DNA of 64,000 nucleotides, taken from NCBI RefSeq assembly GCF_009914755.1, contig NC_060933.1; one strand, given 5' to 3'. The notes under the pieces were generated by a model. That model searched no databases. It saw only the letters and a list, made by a program, of their open reading frames with translations, and was not told the DNA's origin. The DNA is from the human T2T-CHM13v2.0 reference genome, Homo sapiens. A program made the translations under genes and the position numbers. Below, piece after piece: positions 32,376 to 46,790 of this stretch (its first letter is position 1; every line of letters starts with the position of its first letter).

Positions 32376-35300
32376 GTCCCATAAGTTTTTGAAGCTCTAT
32401 TATTTTTTTCCATCTTTTTTCTTGGTGTTGTTAAGATTTGTAATTTTCTTGCTCTATCTTCAATTTCATCAACTTCTTTCTGACTTCCGTGTTATTTGAC
32501 ATCCAATATATTTTTAAAATTTGGTTATCATATGTTTCAGTTCTAAAATTTACATTTGGTTCTTCTTTATATCTTCTATTCCTTTGCTGGGCCATTTTCC
32601 CTTTCCATTTGTTTCAAGAATGTTCACCTTTTCTTATTGGAACATTTGTATTAATGATTTTAAAGTAACTGCCAGATAATTTCAACGTTTATGTTATCCT
32701 GACATGAATATCTGTTGATTGCTTTTTCTCATGCAAGTTGAGATTTTCTTGACTCTTTTTAGGCAATGTAAGTTTTTATTGTATCCTGGACATTTGGGGT
32801 ATTATGTTATGAAACTCTGGATCTTGTTTATATCTTATCAGGATAGTTCATATATGTGTTCTGGTAGACATCACACGTGTTTGGGTTCAGGCTGCAGGTT
32901 CCTACTGGCCTCCTCTGGATTTTGATTCCTATACAAGTCCAGTTATCAGAGACTTTGCATTACATTCAGACATTTCCTGTGCATGCACCACCCAGGGACC
33001 AGCCGAGGACCTGTGTGTTGTTTTATCCTGTAGTTTAGTTCTCAAAGGCTTTGTTCTGCTAGTTAGGATCAGATCCACATTTGTGCAATTCCTGAGGATG
33101 CGGCCAAGAGTTCATAAACAAGTTTATGGAATCTTTTCTCATGCTACTTCCTCTCCACAATCTCCCTGGTAATTTCTGGTTTTGCAGCAGTCCTCTTGCA
33201 CCCTAGCCAGAAACTGGAGTGTCAATTATACCACTCTGCTGTGCATTTCCTGGAGCTCGTTGTTTCCATGCTCTAGCTCCCACTTCTGAGCTTAAGGATC
33301 CCTTGAGTTTAGGCTGGGCAATATTAGAGAAAAAATGGGAAACTCTCCACCAGCTTTGTGGTACTTGGAATTTTGGTCTACTTTCTCAATCTGCCAGCTA
33401 CCCTTTACTACTTATTTATTTTAGTTAAAAACACATTACATTCAATTTACCATCTTAACCATACATAATAAAGTGTATAGTTCAGCAGTATTAAGTATCT
33501 TTACATAAGTATGCAACAATCTCCAGAATTTTTCACCTGCAAATCTAAGGCTCTGTACCCATTCAACACCAACTCCCCATTCATCCCTCTCTCTATCCTC
33601 TGGAAATGACCATTCCACTTTCTGTCTCTAGAAATGTGACTATTTTAGATACTCCGTATAAGTAGAATCACATATTATTTGCCTTTATGTGATTGGTACA
33701 TTTTCCTTAGTATAATGTCCTCCAGGTTCATTCATTTTGGAGAAAGTTAATAGGATTTTCTTCTTTTTAAATACCATTCCGTTGCATGCTTAATAACCAC
33801 ATTTGCAGTGCATTCATCCCTGGATGGACATTTGAGTTGCTTCCACCTCTTTGCTATTGTCAATATTGTATTCAGTGGGAGAGACAGACTGGAATGTGTT
33901 TGCCCCATTTTAATCAGGGGAAGAATAGTACTGAGATTTACTAGTTAAAATTTTTGTAAAAAAGAGTATAATTTCCCTTTATTAATGAAAACCATATAGC
34001 CCTTGGAATTGAAAATTTACACAGGCTTGTGAATAGATTATACAGATACTCAAGCCAGGCAAATATAACTTAGTTTAGTACCGTTTGTTTATATGTCTCC
34101 CTGGAAATATGTTCTTTTGACAATGATAAATATTAATAGACTGTTATAAAATGTATATATTTGGATGCTATATTGTGTTTAAATCCTTTCAATTTCAGGT
34201 AGGAATATGTTTTTGTGACCACATTAAGTGAATAAAGTTTCAGTTTGACTTAGTAATTAATAAAGTGCAACTTGTGATTGACAATCCTCTTCCCAGATAA
34301 TAGACTTTTATGAGGTAAATCAACTCTAGAAAGAATGTGCTCTTCCCTAGTGTGACACTTAGAAACATTGTTAGTAATAAAACCCTCCACAATTCTTTCA
34401 GGTATAATTCACCAAGCCATGCAAATGTTGTAAAATCCAACTAGATTCGGGTAAACTTCCATTTTATTGAGTGGATTTATGATATTTAGGGATTGATTCA
34501 TGGCATACGACTGATCACAATAATTGGTATCTCCTTCAGCAAGTTTATGAAGCTTTATCTTTTTTTCTTAGTAAAATGCATATATCCACTATAACTGTCA
34601 TTAAAAAAAAAACTTGAAATTCATGAGGAAAAGCATCTTATTTTACCATGAAGGATTTATTTATTTTTCTAAGTGCTGCCCATTGCTCTTATGAATCGTG
34701 TACTGTGCTCTTCAACTTGCTTGTTTCTGTAAATTATTATACATCTACCAAGGTGTGTCTTCCAGAGAGTGAAGGTCATTGTTCTGGAGTAGGCCCTTGA
34801 AATAGCATCCACGTAAGTGAAAGTAAATAGCAGAGATAATGGAGTCAAAAGTTTAAATTAACCCTTTCTAGATTATCCAGGTCATTTGTTTTTCCTAGAG
34901 ATAAAGTATAGAAACCAGGATGATTTATCCTACTATTCAAATGATTTAGTTTTAACTTTCATTGTAAGTTCTTGTTTTTATCAAAGTAATACATGAAAAT
35001 GGCTTAAATTCTTAAACAGTGCCACAAATGTTGGAACAAGAAACAGTAATCTCTTGCCATACTACTGATTCTCTCTTTCTAGAGAAGGCAATTTTCAACC
35101 ATTTTAGCTATTTACCTTTTTTTTTTTTTTACTTAGATAACATACCTTATTAGATATTCCTGGATTTTCCTCTCCCCATGGTATCTTTATTTCTGTTGGA
35201 AGCTTTTAAAACCATTAAAAATATTCAAATAGATGAATTTAAATATATTAATATTTTACTTAATGCTAGATAAGATGCTACTTATATAGAGAGTGAAATA

Positions 35301-35889
35301 TGCATACTATAAAATTGGTCACTTTAACCATTTTCAAGTGGACAGCCTATTGTCATTAAGTACATTCACATGTTGTGCAGCCATCACCACCCTCCATCTC
35401 TAGGACATTTTCATCTTCTAAAACTGAAACCCTGTACCCATATTCCTTAATTTTTAAATTTTATTATGGCCTACTGATTTCTTACATGGAAGGTGAAAAT
35501 CAGAAATAAACTCCTCTCACTGCTTAGGCAGGGACTAATACAAGGCAGTTACGGTGTTGGAGCAGAATGGAAGAAGGGGTCACTCGGTGCTCGCCCTGCC
35601 CCTGTGTGAACCTGAGAATGGGCCCCCTCAATTCTGGGCCCTGCTGGTCTCCCTGGCATCATCCTCTCTGGGTCCTCTATGCTGCACTCCACCTCCCTTC
35701 CCTCACAGATGCCATCCTTAACCCCATTCTGTCAGTATAACCACAGCATTTTTTTAAGTTAAATCAATATTTAGTGTTTACTTAGTTCCTGTAAAAATTG
35801 TCCTAATCTATGCAATCATATGTACATATTCTTTCACATTAACATTATATTTTTTGGGGTAATTGTATTATTTGATTATTCAGTTAATA

Positions 35890-36506
35890 CTGGAGCTTGT
35901 TTACAAATATGGCCTCCAATGAACTACACCTTTCAGTTTTCTTGCCTTTGTGTAGTCTGCCTCTTGAATCAGAGCTAGATTTTGACCAAAGAGTGTAGTG
36001 GAGGTGACCTTCCGGGCCTTCTGAGGCTACATCACAAGGCACTTTGCAGGTGCCTTGAATACACTGGAGGAAGCTGCTGTGATGGATTATGACTACCTTG
36101 AGACTACCCTCCCACCCATAGCTGTAGTGGAAGGTAGCCTAAGTTACCATGTCCAGAGACTGTGTGCACAGAAAGAGATGCCTGGCAGCCATGCTGTGAG
36201 GAAGCCCAAGTCAGCATGTGGAGAGGTTGTGTGAACAGAAACGGAAGACTGGCCATTCTCTGGCTGTTCCAGGAAGCACCCAGGCACAGACATGTGAGTG
36301 AATCATTTGGTATCTTCAGCCATTGACCTTTCAGGTGACTCCAGCCTCAGCAATATCTGCCTATAATCACAGGAGAGGCCCTCAAGTGAGCCCTGCTGAG
36401 CCCTGTCAAGCCCTGTCAACCCACAGAAGCTTGAGAGGTAACAATAAGTTATGATTTTAAACCACTGAGCTTTGGGGTTTGTTACACAACTGTAGATAAT
36501 AGAAAC
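35890..36506 (+). mobile_element. MaLR LTR (MLT1G/H-like)
   Basis: atggcctccaatgaac...ccatgctgtgaggaagcccaag...tttgttacacaactgtagataatagaaaca. Confidence 0.75.
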
Positions 36507-38591
36507 ACTTAAGAGTCTATGAATCCCAATGTGTATATCGTTCCTAAACCCTTTGATTAAACTGAAAAGCTCCTTCAAATAAAGTCAAACATATTAATTA
36601 AGCTGTCAGATTACTTTTCCCCCTTGGAGACATTTCTTCAAAAGCCCCTGTTCCCTTCTCTGATGTCACAGGCCTACTGCACAGATTCAATCCTGGACAT
36701 CCCAGTTTCATCCTGGGAATTCCCTTTTCCGCTCTCCTACATTGGATCCTGGTTCCCAAAACCCATGTCTTCATCTTTCTTTTTCCAAGGACACATTATC
36801 TTATTTTGCCTTGCTTAGGAGTAGAATTATTGTTAATTTGAAGATTTCTTTGGCTCCCTACAATATCTCTCTTCTGAGTTTTCTATGTTTTTTCTGTTTG
36901 TCTTCATTTCCATATTTTTTGTTAGAGGTTTTGTTAAAGGTTCTCCTCAAGTTCTGGTGACTCTTATTTGTTGGTTTTTATTTAAGTGTAAGGCAGTAAA
37001 ACATCAATCCTTAACTCCATGGGCATGGGTGAGTTAGTCATTGCAGAACTTTTGTGCGTGGCAGTAATGAGACGGGTCAGATTTTTTAATCTGCAGGGAT
37101 TTCTTTCCGTTGTTTCATCACTTTTTCTTGGAGTGTGTTTTTGTATGCAGGGGTAAAACTGATAATAAGTCTGGCTGCCAACATTTTAGAAGACACTCTG
37201 GTAGAGTAGAAGACTGTCTTTGGTCAGGGCAATGTATTCCTCAATCTTTTGGTGGGCAGAAGAAAGAATGGAGTCTAAGCTGACATGGTGACACTTCCTT
37301 ATACTTTGAAATAGAAAGAAACATGGATCCTGAGTGAGGTAAGAGAGGTATGGACCTCAGCAAATACCTGGGGAAGGTCTTGTCTTAGTGCAATTAAAAA
37401 AAATTGAAGCTACTCATCAAATACAAGGCTAACATTAAAAAAATAGTGGTTAGCTCTTCAATGAAAATCAAAGAAAGAAATAACAAATATACTTGGACAA
37501 AAATTACTTTGAGGAATCAGTAAAATAAAACAATGTATTCATATGGTCAGTAAACAATCATGTTGATTCAAAGACAGGCAGGGTAGCTTGGGTCCTGGTA
37601 GGCTTTCTAGTCTACTGGGCTAGGCTTACGGAGCCATTAAGTCAAACCTGGCAAAGAGGAGTGGGATTCCAGTTCCAGACTTTGCTCTTTTATTACCTGG
37701 CAGCAAGCTTCAGGATGGGGCTTAGGACTCTCAGAGTCTCATGTAACTTTACCAATTAGCCAACAAGTACTTTTTGAGCCCCATCTGTGTCCTGCCTGGG
37801 GTTAGACATCCATTGATAAATAAAACTATAGAGCACTCCTTTTAGTCGGACCTTCGATTTTACAAAAAGGCCAAATAATAACATGATTAACATATTTAGT
37901 CTAATGACCTAGATATGTTATCCTCAGGTCATGAATATTTTTTAAAAAATGAAAATCTTTAAAAATTTTTTCTGTCTGTGAATGAAAAGGGCGTTTGTTT
38001 AACTAAGAAGAAACATTTATTCCTGATTTCTTGCCCTAATATTATGCACTCAGATATTGGATTAAAATGGTTGTGTAGAAGATGGATCCTTGACAAGAGC
38101 TATCCAGGCTTCAAAGTAGCCTAGATAAATGTAGCGTTTAGGAGCACAGATCAGGCCTGATGTTTCCACTGGAAGATGATTCTCTGAAGGGCCTACTTAG
38201 TTGTTCCAGATGGCTGATCAATCACACAGGTTTTGGTTAATTTGATATGTTCAATCTTGGCCAGTTGCCTTTAAGACTTTCATAGAGAAATACTTTCAAA
38301 GGAGAAAAGAAACATCTAAAATCTGATTATAAAAAGCAAACATGAAATTCAAAGAAGTATGTAGGGGAGATTCAACTTTTTTTTTTTTTCTCAGAGAAGT
38401 CTCAGAACACAGAGCCTGCCTTATAAAACTTTAGGTACTAGATCCAGGAGAAAATAAGTTGAACTGTCCTGCAGCATAAACGGTTTTCTTTGCCACTTTA
38501 CTTTTCATTTCATTCATGGATGTGAAAATTCCTTTAGAAACTTGTTCTAATCAGAACTTTAGAGAATAATGTGATGTAGAATATGGTATGA

Positions 38592-38960
<369 letters not shown>

Positions 38961-39275
38961 TGAAGCTGGCCTCCAGAGTCCTCCCAGAGTTCCTTGCTTA
39001 GTGGGTGGTGGAGTGGGCAGAGAGGTGGGCTGGCTGTATTCAGACATCTGTTCTCTGCAAGTTTTTGATGCACACACTTTTAAGTGAGGTTTGCAGAGAT
39101 GGTCATTTAATTCCTGGAAGAAATGGGATAGTATATGCATATCCTTTGTCATTTCTACGGACTAGAGCTTCTGTCCAGAGGTGTGTTTACCGCTGTGCAT
39201 AGAGGAACTGGAGCTGATGGCTGTCAAGATGCAGGCACTTCCAGGCAGTTGCCAGCACCACCTCCTACTTCCTTC

Positions 39276-39589
39276 TTTTTTTTTTCTTTTTCTTTTTTTT
39301 TTTTTTTGAGACAGAGTCTTGGTCTGTTGCCCAGGCTGGAGTGCAGTGGCATGGTCTCGGCTCACTGCAACTTCTGCCTCCTGGGTTCAAGCAATTCTCC
39401 TGCCTTAGCCTCCTGAGTAGCTAGGGTTACAGGCATGCGCCACCACACCCGGCTAATTTTTGTATTTTTAGTAGAGACGGAGTTTCGCCGTGTTGGCCAG
39501 GCTGGTCTTGAACTCCTCACCTCAGGTGATCTGCCCACCTCGGCCTCCCAAAGTGCTGCGATTACAAGTGTGAGCCACTGCACCCGGCC
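39276..39589 (-). mobile_element. AluS
   Basis: Full Alu; long TSD ccacctcctacttccttct. Confidence 0.93.
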
Positions 39590-39922
39590 TCCACCTCCTA
39601 CTTCCTTCTGAAGGTGCTCGCCAACCAAAGAGAAACTAGGCAGAGCCTGTACTCACTTGTCAGCCTGATGGCATGAGGTGTCACTTTTATGGCTCTCGGT
39701 TTCAGGATTGCTGATAGTCCACACTGGGTGAACGTATCAGGGGTGTGTGGATGGATAAAAAGTCAGGATACCTGAAATATGCTACAGATGTAAAAATCAC
39801 TTCATCAGGTACATAACTTCCTTCTAATTTATTTTTCTATTACCGACTCATGCTAGACAGCTGCTAAAGTTAATGCGATTTTTATTAAAGCAAAGTCTTC
39901 ATTAGAATTTCTCTCCTTGGAG

Positions 39923-40243
<321 letters not shown>

Positions 40244-41609
40244 TTATCACTATAGGATGGGCCACCTCTCCCACAGTGGGAAGCTCCTTTCCTCTCCTTG
40301 CTGCTGTCTCTCTCTGCTGACCCTGGCAGTGTCCCCAACTCAGCTCCAGCTCCTTCCACATGCCCTGTTTTTTCTAACCACAAGTAGGAGGATGGGGCAG
40401 CAAACTTCCCACCGCTCTGCATTGCTTATTCAATGATACCTACACTAATCATCCCTCAATCTTACTTCAACCATCTGCCCTTGGGTTGGGGGATGGGGTT
40501 GCTGTGCCTGAAGGTTGGGGTTGGATGAGCCTTGGAAGGTAGGGATTGCGTGTATCTGGAGGGTGGGAGTTGGGAGTATCTGGGGGTTGGGGAGATGGGT
40601 GGGTCTGGTGGGTAGGGGCGGATGAGTGTGGGTGGGTAAACAGTGCAGAGACTCTGGGCTCAGAATCCCAGGCTTAGAAAGGAAAGAAACCTTGCCTTGA
40701 GTGGGGGAAATACTCCTCAGGACCAGTCAGGCTTGTGGCTGAAGCTCTTCTGGAATGTGAGGCCTCATTGGCAAGAGATTAAGACTGTGTTCTCTCTCTC
40801 TTAACAATTTTTCTGCTTGTATTCTGCCTCCACCTTCCCGCTCTATTCTCTTTCCAGGATTTTAAGGACAAACGCAGAGTGTGTATAAGCTTAATTCTCC
40901 AATGAGATATTAAAATACGATTTATAAATTGGGTGCAACCAATAGTTTGTTGCCTTGGAGATGCTCCCATGAAAATAAATAGAACCTGAAACCATCAGTA
41001 TAGCTTGGCTTTTCTTTTTAGAAAAATGTAACTCAAAATCCAGATCATGTAGCTGGGGGCAGATTCTGCTGTTAGTCTCCTAAGATTGGCTTGGGGGTTT
41101 TCTGGTCATGTGGTGGGTGGTGAATGTGGGCGTCCCTTGCAGGTGAGGAGGATGTGAGAAGCTGTTCTCTCTAGAGGTTGCATTGGTCCCATGAGCAGTT
41201 ATGAGTGCTGGTCTGCTTTGCCACAGCTACCTGCTCATTCTCTGGCACAGTCGTGTGTGATGTGTATTCAGCGTATGTTCTGTTGTTGAGGCCAGTGTGG
41301 GCTGGTTCGGGGAAGCACCCAGGAATGGGACTGAACTCCTGCATTTGACTAAGTGCAATCTTGTCAGTCTTGTGGAAAACCCAAGCACAGGTAACTTATT
41401 TGAAGTTTTGTTCACATAAAAAGAATCTGCAATGTTTTCTGTTTATATCTTATTTGACTTAGTTTATTTTGATTTAATAAACTGAGCTATAATTAAATGT
41501 AAAACATTTATGAGTTACAAAAGTATATGGTATGCTCACCTTTCTTCAAAGAAAGGCTATTCAAAAAACAAACGTATTATTTTTTATGTGTGAGGAAAGT
41601 AGCTTCATC

Positions 41610-42029
41610 TGTCTTAGTCCGTTTGTGTTGCCATAAAGGGGTATCTGAGGCTGGGTAATTTACAAAGAAAAGAGGTTTATTTGGCTTACAGTTGTGTAAG
41701 CTGTACAAGGAGCATGGCACTGGCATCTACTTCTGTTGAGAGCTTCAGGAAGCTTCTACTCATGGTGAAAGGTGAAGAGGAGCCAGCGTGCAGATCACAT
41801 GAAAGAAAAGGCAAGAGGGGATGGTGGGAGGTGTCAGGCTCTTTTTAACCATCAGCTCTTGCAAGAGCGAATACAGCAAGAATCATTACCATGAGGATGG
41901 CACCAAGCCATTCATGAGGGATCCAGCCCATGACCCAAACACTTCTCAGTAGGTCCCACCTGCAACATTGGGAATATGTGTCAACATGAGACTTGGCCAA
42001 ATCAAACAAACCATATTTAAACCATAGCA
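41610..42029 (-). mobile_element. MaLR solo LTR (MSTB-like)
   Basis: tgtcttagtcc...aaaccatagca with 5-bp TSD TCATC. Confidence 0.9.
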
Positions 42030-44341
42030 TCATCTTACCAGCCACCCTGCACTTAATACAACTGTCGAATTGGACATTATGAATAATTGGAACACACATC
42101 TGCTTCTTCCTACTAGCAAGCCTTTATGTACACCATCCCAGCAGGCCTTTTGCTCCCGCCTCTACTCCACTTGTTTGAATACCATGAAAGGCCCAGCCCA
42201 TCCCTGTCTCTTTTGTGGAGCCTTCCTGACTTCCTTTGTCACAGAGGTGCTCTCTTTGTCTTGTATTGTTCAAAGCCTATGTTCTGTCCATGAACACACC
42301 CTGCCTGCAATTATATGGTGTGCTTTAAGAGATCTTAGACAGACATTCCTGGAGAAGTGCATTTTGTTCACATGTTGATCCTGCATAGTGAATAACATAT
42401 GAATATACTCCATAATTTGTGGTGGTAGTGATGGTGGTGGTGGAGAGAATGAACCCAAAACTCTTACGAAGCCATTTTTTGACATATCTACCATACATTG
42501 AAGAATACTGATGTTGATGACATTCCCAGCTGGAGGCCAGAAACGAGCTTCCCTTGGTTCAGTAAAAAAATAGGATAATAATCTCTGGGTAGGATTTTCA
42601 AATTTAAAAAGGAATTTCCTGTTATTTTAACCAGTAGCTGGAATATACATTATCATCCTTGTTTGACTGGAGACGCAACTGCAGCACAATGTCAAATAGT
42701 GGGTTAGATAGGAAGCTGAGTGCAACATCCACACAGAGCTCAGTGGTTTGCAAACTTATGTGCAACCGACAGTCACCCCAAGCACAGCCCTGGAGAGTTG
42801 CATCCAGTTAGTCAAGGATGAGATCCTAGGAATTCGCATCTGCAATGAGCTTCTCAGTTGTTTCTGATTATAGCTGAAGAGCATTTGGAGACACTCAGCA
42901 GTGGGGGCTCTTTCTGCTATCCTGTTGGGACCTCCTCCTAGGACTACATCAGTTCTTTGTGGTGAGCGATGCAAAGTAGGCCTCCAGAGCATACCCCTTC
43001 CCTCAGTCAAGAGTGCTCAGTCTTTGTGGACAAAAGAACACCTACAAGCCGTCAGCCCAGGCTGGCCATCTGGGAGAGAGAGGGCTGAACACTACCGTAT
43101 ATGTTTGGAAATCTTCCCTGTGCATGTGCCTTGCCCATTAAATCTTCAGTCTCCTAAAATGCTGCCCTGCTTCCCTCACCTTGGTTCCGATACTTCCTGA
43201 TCCATGACTTAAAGCATTTCTTTGATTTGTTCCTCTTATATATCTAGATCTCTGATATCTGATGCTCCTAACACATATACCAGAAACCCAGAATTAGGAT
43301 TCATACACTTGCCGTCATAAAGGCATGGCTCTGGCCATCTGAACCAATCTCCTCTCACCTCAGACACACCCATGCATCTCACAGGCCTTCCTCACTCAGC
43401 ACCCTGTCCAAATTTACCAACACAAAAACGTGCTTCCATTTTGGGTTGTCATGACTATGTCATTAGAACTTTATGATTGCAAAACAGATATGCAAATAAG
43501 TGCAAATTGAACACACCATCTGCTAAATCTCTAGGGTTCTCATCATTACATAAATGACCAAGGTATTGACTCAAAAAGAAAAGATGCCTGTCAGCCTCCT
43601 GGAATACTCCTTAGCAGAAACTTTTGCCATCAAGAAGATGTAGAACAAAATCCATGCCCCAAGGGAAAGTAATATAACCATAGATACTTAGGGAAGCAGC
43701 AGAAAATCTCATTACTTAAAGGTTGATTTTTATCTAATGATGCAAGTGAACAGTAGCAGGATTCCAAGGGGAGGCAGGATAAGCAGGGAGGCTCATAGTT
43801 TTGTTGATTCTTATATATATTTTTTCGTATATAACTAGCTATGTTTTTGTTTATTTTCTAGTACTTATATACATTCTCTCAAAGCTGCTGACAAACAGCA
43901 CACCTGTATGGCAGGCAAAACTACACAATCTCTATGAGTCTTTATATTGGCTTTGTTGACTGGTAATGGATAACATTTCAACTACCGGCCATCTCCAAAC
44001 AGCAAATGCCAAATATTCAGTGGCATATGCTACGTAGCTATCAGGGGAGGTAAGCGCTCAGCACACCTATAAGCCATTCCAGAAGCTCCTTCAGAACCAT
44101 TCAGTGAGCTCCCTGGAAAAGTTAACCTTACTTTTTATCTACATGGATGCCATACAACTTGCTTTTTACATCAGGGAAAAAAGGAGAGAGTCAAAAAGCA
44201 TAACTGGCAAAGTACCAGTCCAGACTCATGAAATGCAGCCAATCTCTAATATATTGAAGTTGTAACATCAATAAAATACGACATCCTGGCAATCTGTGGT
44301 GGGTGATGCAAATCCACCCATGAGCAAGTCTCTAGGGAAAA

Positions 44342-44572
44342 GGTTGGTCATAGTGGCTTGGGCTTGTAATCCCAGCTATTCAGGAGGCTGAGGCAGGAGG
44401 ATTGCTTGAGGCCAGGAGTTCAAGACTAGCCTGGGCCAAACAGTGAAACCCTATCTCTACAAAAAAATCAAAAAGCTTTTTTAAAAAATATAGGCTGCTG
44501 TGAGCTATGGCCACATCATTGTTTTCAAGCCTGGGCAACAGAGGGAGAACCTGTCTATAAAAATAGAAAGAG

Positions 44573-44616
<44 letters not shown>
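44342..44616 (+). mobile_element. AluJ-like element with internal deletion and (AGAT)11 tail
   Basis: ggaggattgcttgaggccaggagttcaagac; AGAT repeat at 44573-44616. Confidence 0.85.
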
Positions 44617-44618
<2 letters not shown>

Positions 44619-45467
44619 AAATAATTAGAGAACAGGAAATAGCTATGGTTTTCTGTTTGATTCAGAGTTTCACCTCTTTATAAAATGCTTAGCTACATTT
44701 TCCTGTGTCCTCATATTTCAGTGCACCTGCCTCAATCATTTTATTAAAATGCTTTTATGTCTAACTAAACATCCCCCTTTGTTTACTATTCTCCTTCCTT
44801 TATTGCAACCAGCACAGACAGAGATCTAGCATTGATATCCGCCTGCCAAGTAATTTAAATGTGCAATTTATAAATGGGTGCTTTTTACATTCAAAGGCCT
44901 AATTGGCAATGAGAACTGCTGGAAATCATAAAAGAAAAGACTCATTGGTTGTGCTGTAATATTACTGGAATTGGAGGTGGGAGTTTTAAATCTTTATGGA
45001 AGCAAAAGAACTATCCTTTCTATGATAACTTAAAGCCCTCAGGCATTCTCTTTTTCACAAAGATGTAGATACTGAAGTCTGAAGATAATTGTAGTGAAGC
45101 TCTTTCTCAATGTTTCTTTATCAAAGCTTATATAAATTGTACAAAGTGTCCTACAATTTTGGTTTATCTTTTACTATTTTCCAAATGGCACTGCATAGAA
45201 ATAATATACTAATGCTCCAAAGAAACTCATTTGATTGCCAAGTATTTTATTTTAATTTTCTAATAACTCTAGCAGAATTCGTGTGGTTATGCTATTGGTG
45301 AATAAAACAGAATGAGTATTGGCAGACAACTTTATGGTAAATTATACAGAATAATGTGTAAGTGACATACTTTAATTAGGAAATAGTTATACACAAAAGA
45401 AACAGGAGATAGTTTTAAGTGCTAATATAATTTTTTTATCCACTTACTCTCTTTTGCCCCATAACCC

Positions 45468-45960
45468 TGAAACTGATCCAATTTTCCCATAGAACTTATG
45501 TTTACTATTTCTTTTGAATAAACATAGAAATTGACCCTCCCAGTCTTAAATCTTTAGAAAGTTACATTTGTCTTATATGGGTTCCTTTCTGAGGAAACCA
45601 ACAGTCAGGCCTCCCAGATAGTATCGTGGAACTAAAACTCACCAGATCACTGCATCTGGACAATGAGACATCAGAGTCTTCACCCACCATGGTTGCCTAA
45701 GTACCTGCTTCCTGTTGACCAGTTCCTCTTCCTTACTCCTCCCTAATTCCTGTTTTCCTGCATGTGTTACATTTCTTCTCTGCTATGTAAGTCCCTAATT
45801 TTAGTTGTTCAGGAAGATGGATTTGAGACTGATCTCCCATCTCCTTGGCTGTAGCACCAGATTAAAGCTTTCTTCTATGGCAATACTCATTGTCTCAGTC
45901 ATTGGCTTCCTGTGTGGCAAGGAGCAGGACCTAGACGGAACGCCTGGTGTTTTGGTAACA
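45468..45960 (+). mobile_element. ERV1-class solo LTR (LTR26-like; subfamily uncertain)
   Basis: TG...CA termini, 4-bp TSD ACCC at 45464-45467 and 45961-45964, ATTAAA polyA signal. Confidence 0.8.
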
Positions 45961-46404
45961 ACCCTGCCCAATTCAAGCACCTGTACAGAAAAGGACATGG
46001 CCCCTGAATTTTAGTTGTCTCAGCTGAATCACATAAAAATATAAAATCTACAACTTTTCAATTAAAATTAAATCTGTTGCCCAGGTGTAATACAGAAGGG
46101 TTTAGGATCAATATATTTTTCAGAACACCCCCATGGGCATGAGTTTTAAAGCCACAGCTATATCCCTAACATAGATACCTTGCCTGCCACCTGCAGAGGA
46201 GAAGCTCAAAGGGTGAGGGAGGTGTTCTGAAAGACCCTGTCTTCATCCCACTGACCTGGAGAGAGCTCCATCATTTTATCATTTTAAGGATGAATAAAGT
46301 GATCAAAAAAGACTAAAAATCTCCTTACAAACTGTATATATTGTTAGGGAAAAGAAAGATCAGGTAGCACAATGTAGAGGACAAAAAAGTATTAAAATAA
46401 AATA

Positions 46405-46790
46405 CAGGTGTCCCTTGGTGTTTGTGAGAGATTGGGTCTAGGACCCCTGCAGATACCAAAATCTATGAATGCTCAAATCCCTCTATAAAGTACTGTAGTA
46501 TTTGCATATAACCTATGCACATCCTCTTGTGGATTCGGATAAATGAATCATTTATTTGAATAAATGACTCTCTTATTTAAATGACTTTAAATGATACTTT
46601 AAATCATTTCTATAATACTCAATACAACATAAGTGCTATCTAAATTGTTGTTTTTCTGTATTGATTAGGGAATAATGACAAGAAAAAAAGTCTGTACGTG
46701 TTCAGCACAGATGCAATTTTTTGGGAGTTATTTCCATCTGTGGTTGGTTGAATCCATAGATGCAAAACCACCAACAGGGAGGGCCAGCTA
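46405..46790. mobile_element. MER2 (TcMar-Tigger) with an internal about 60-bp insertion
   Basis: caggtgtcccttgg...gataccaaaatc...ttggttgaatccatagatgc. Confidence 0.8.

Noticed and set aside
31741-32382. 213-aa antisense ORF in LTR5
   Set aside because: Lies wholly within a solo LTR; its internal peptide repeat just reflects the 48-bp duplication.
40480-40640. G-rich tract with G4 potential
   Set aside because: Low-complexity; no CpG island or promoter context.
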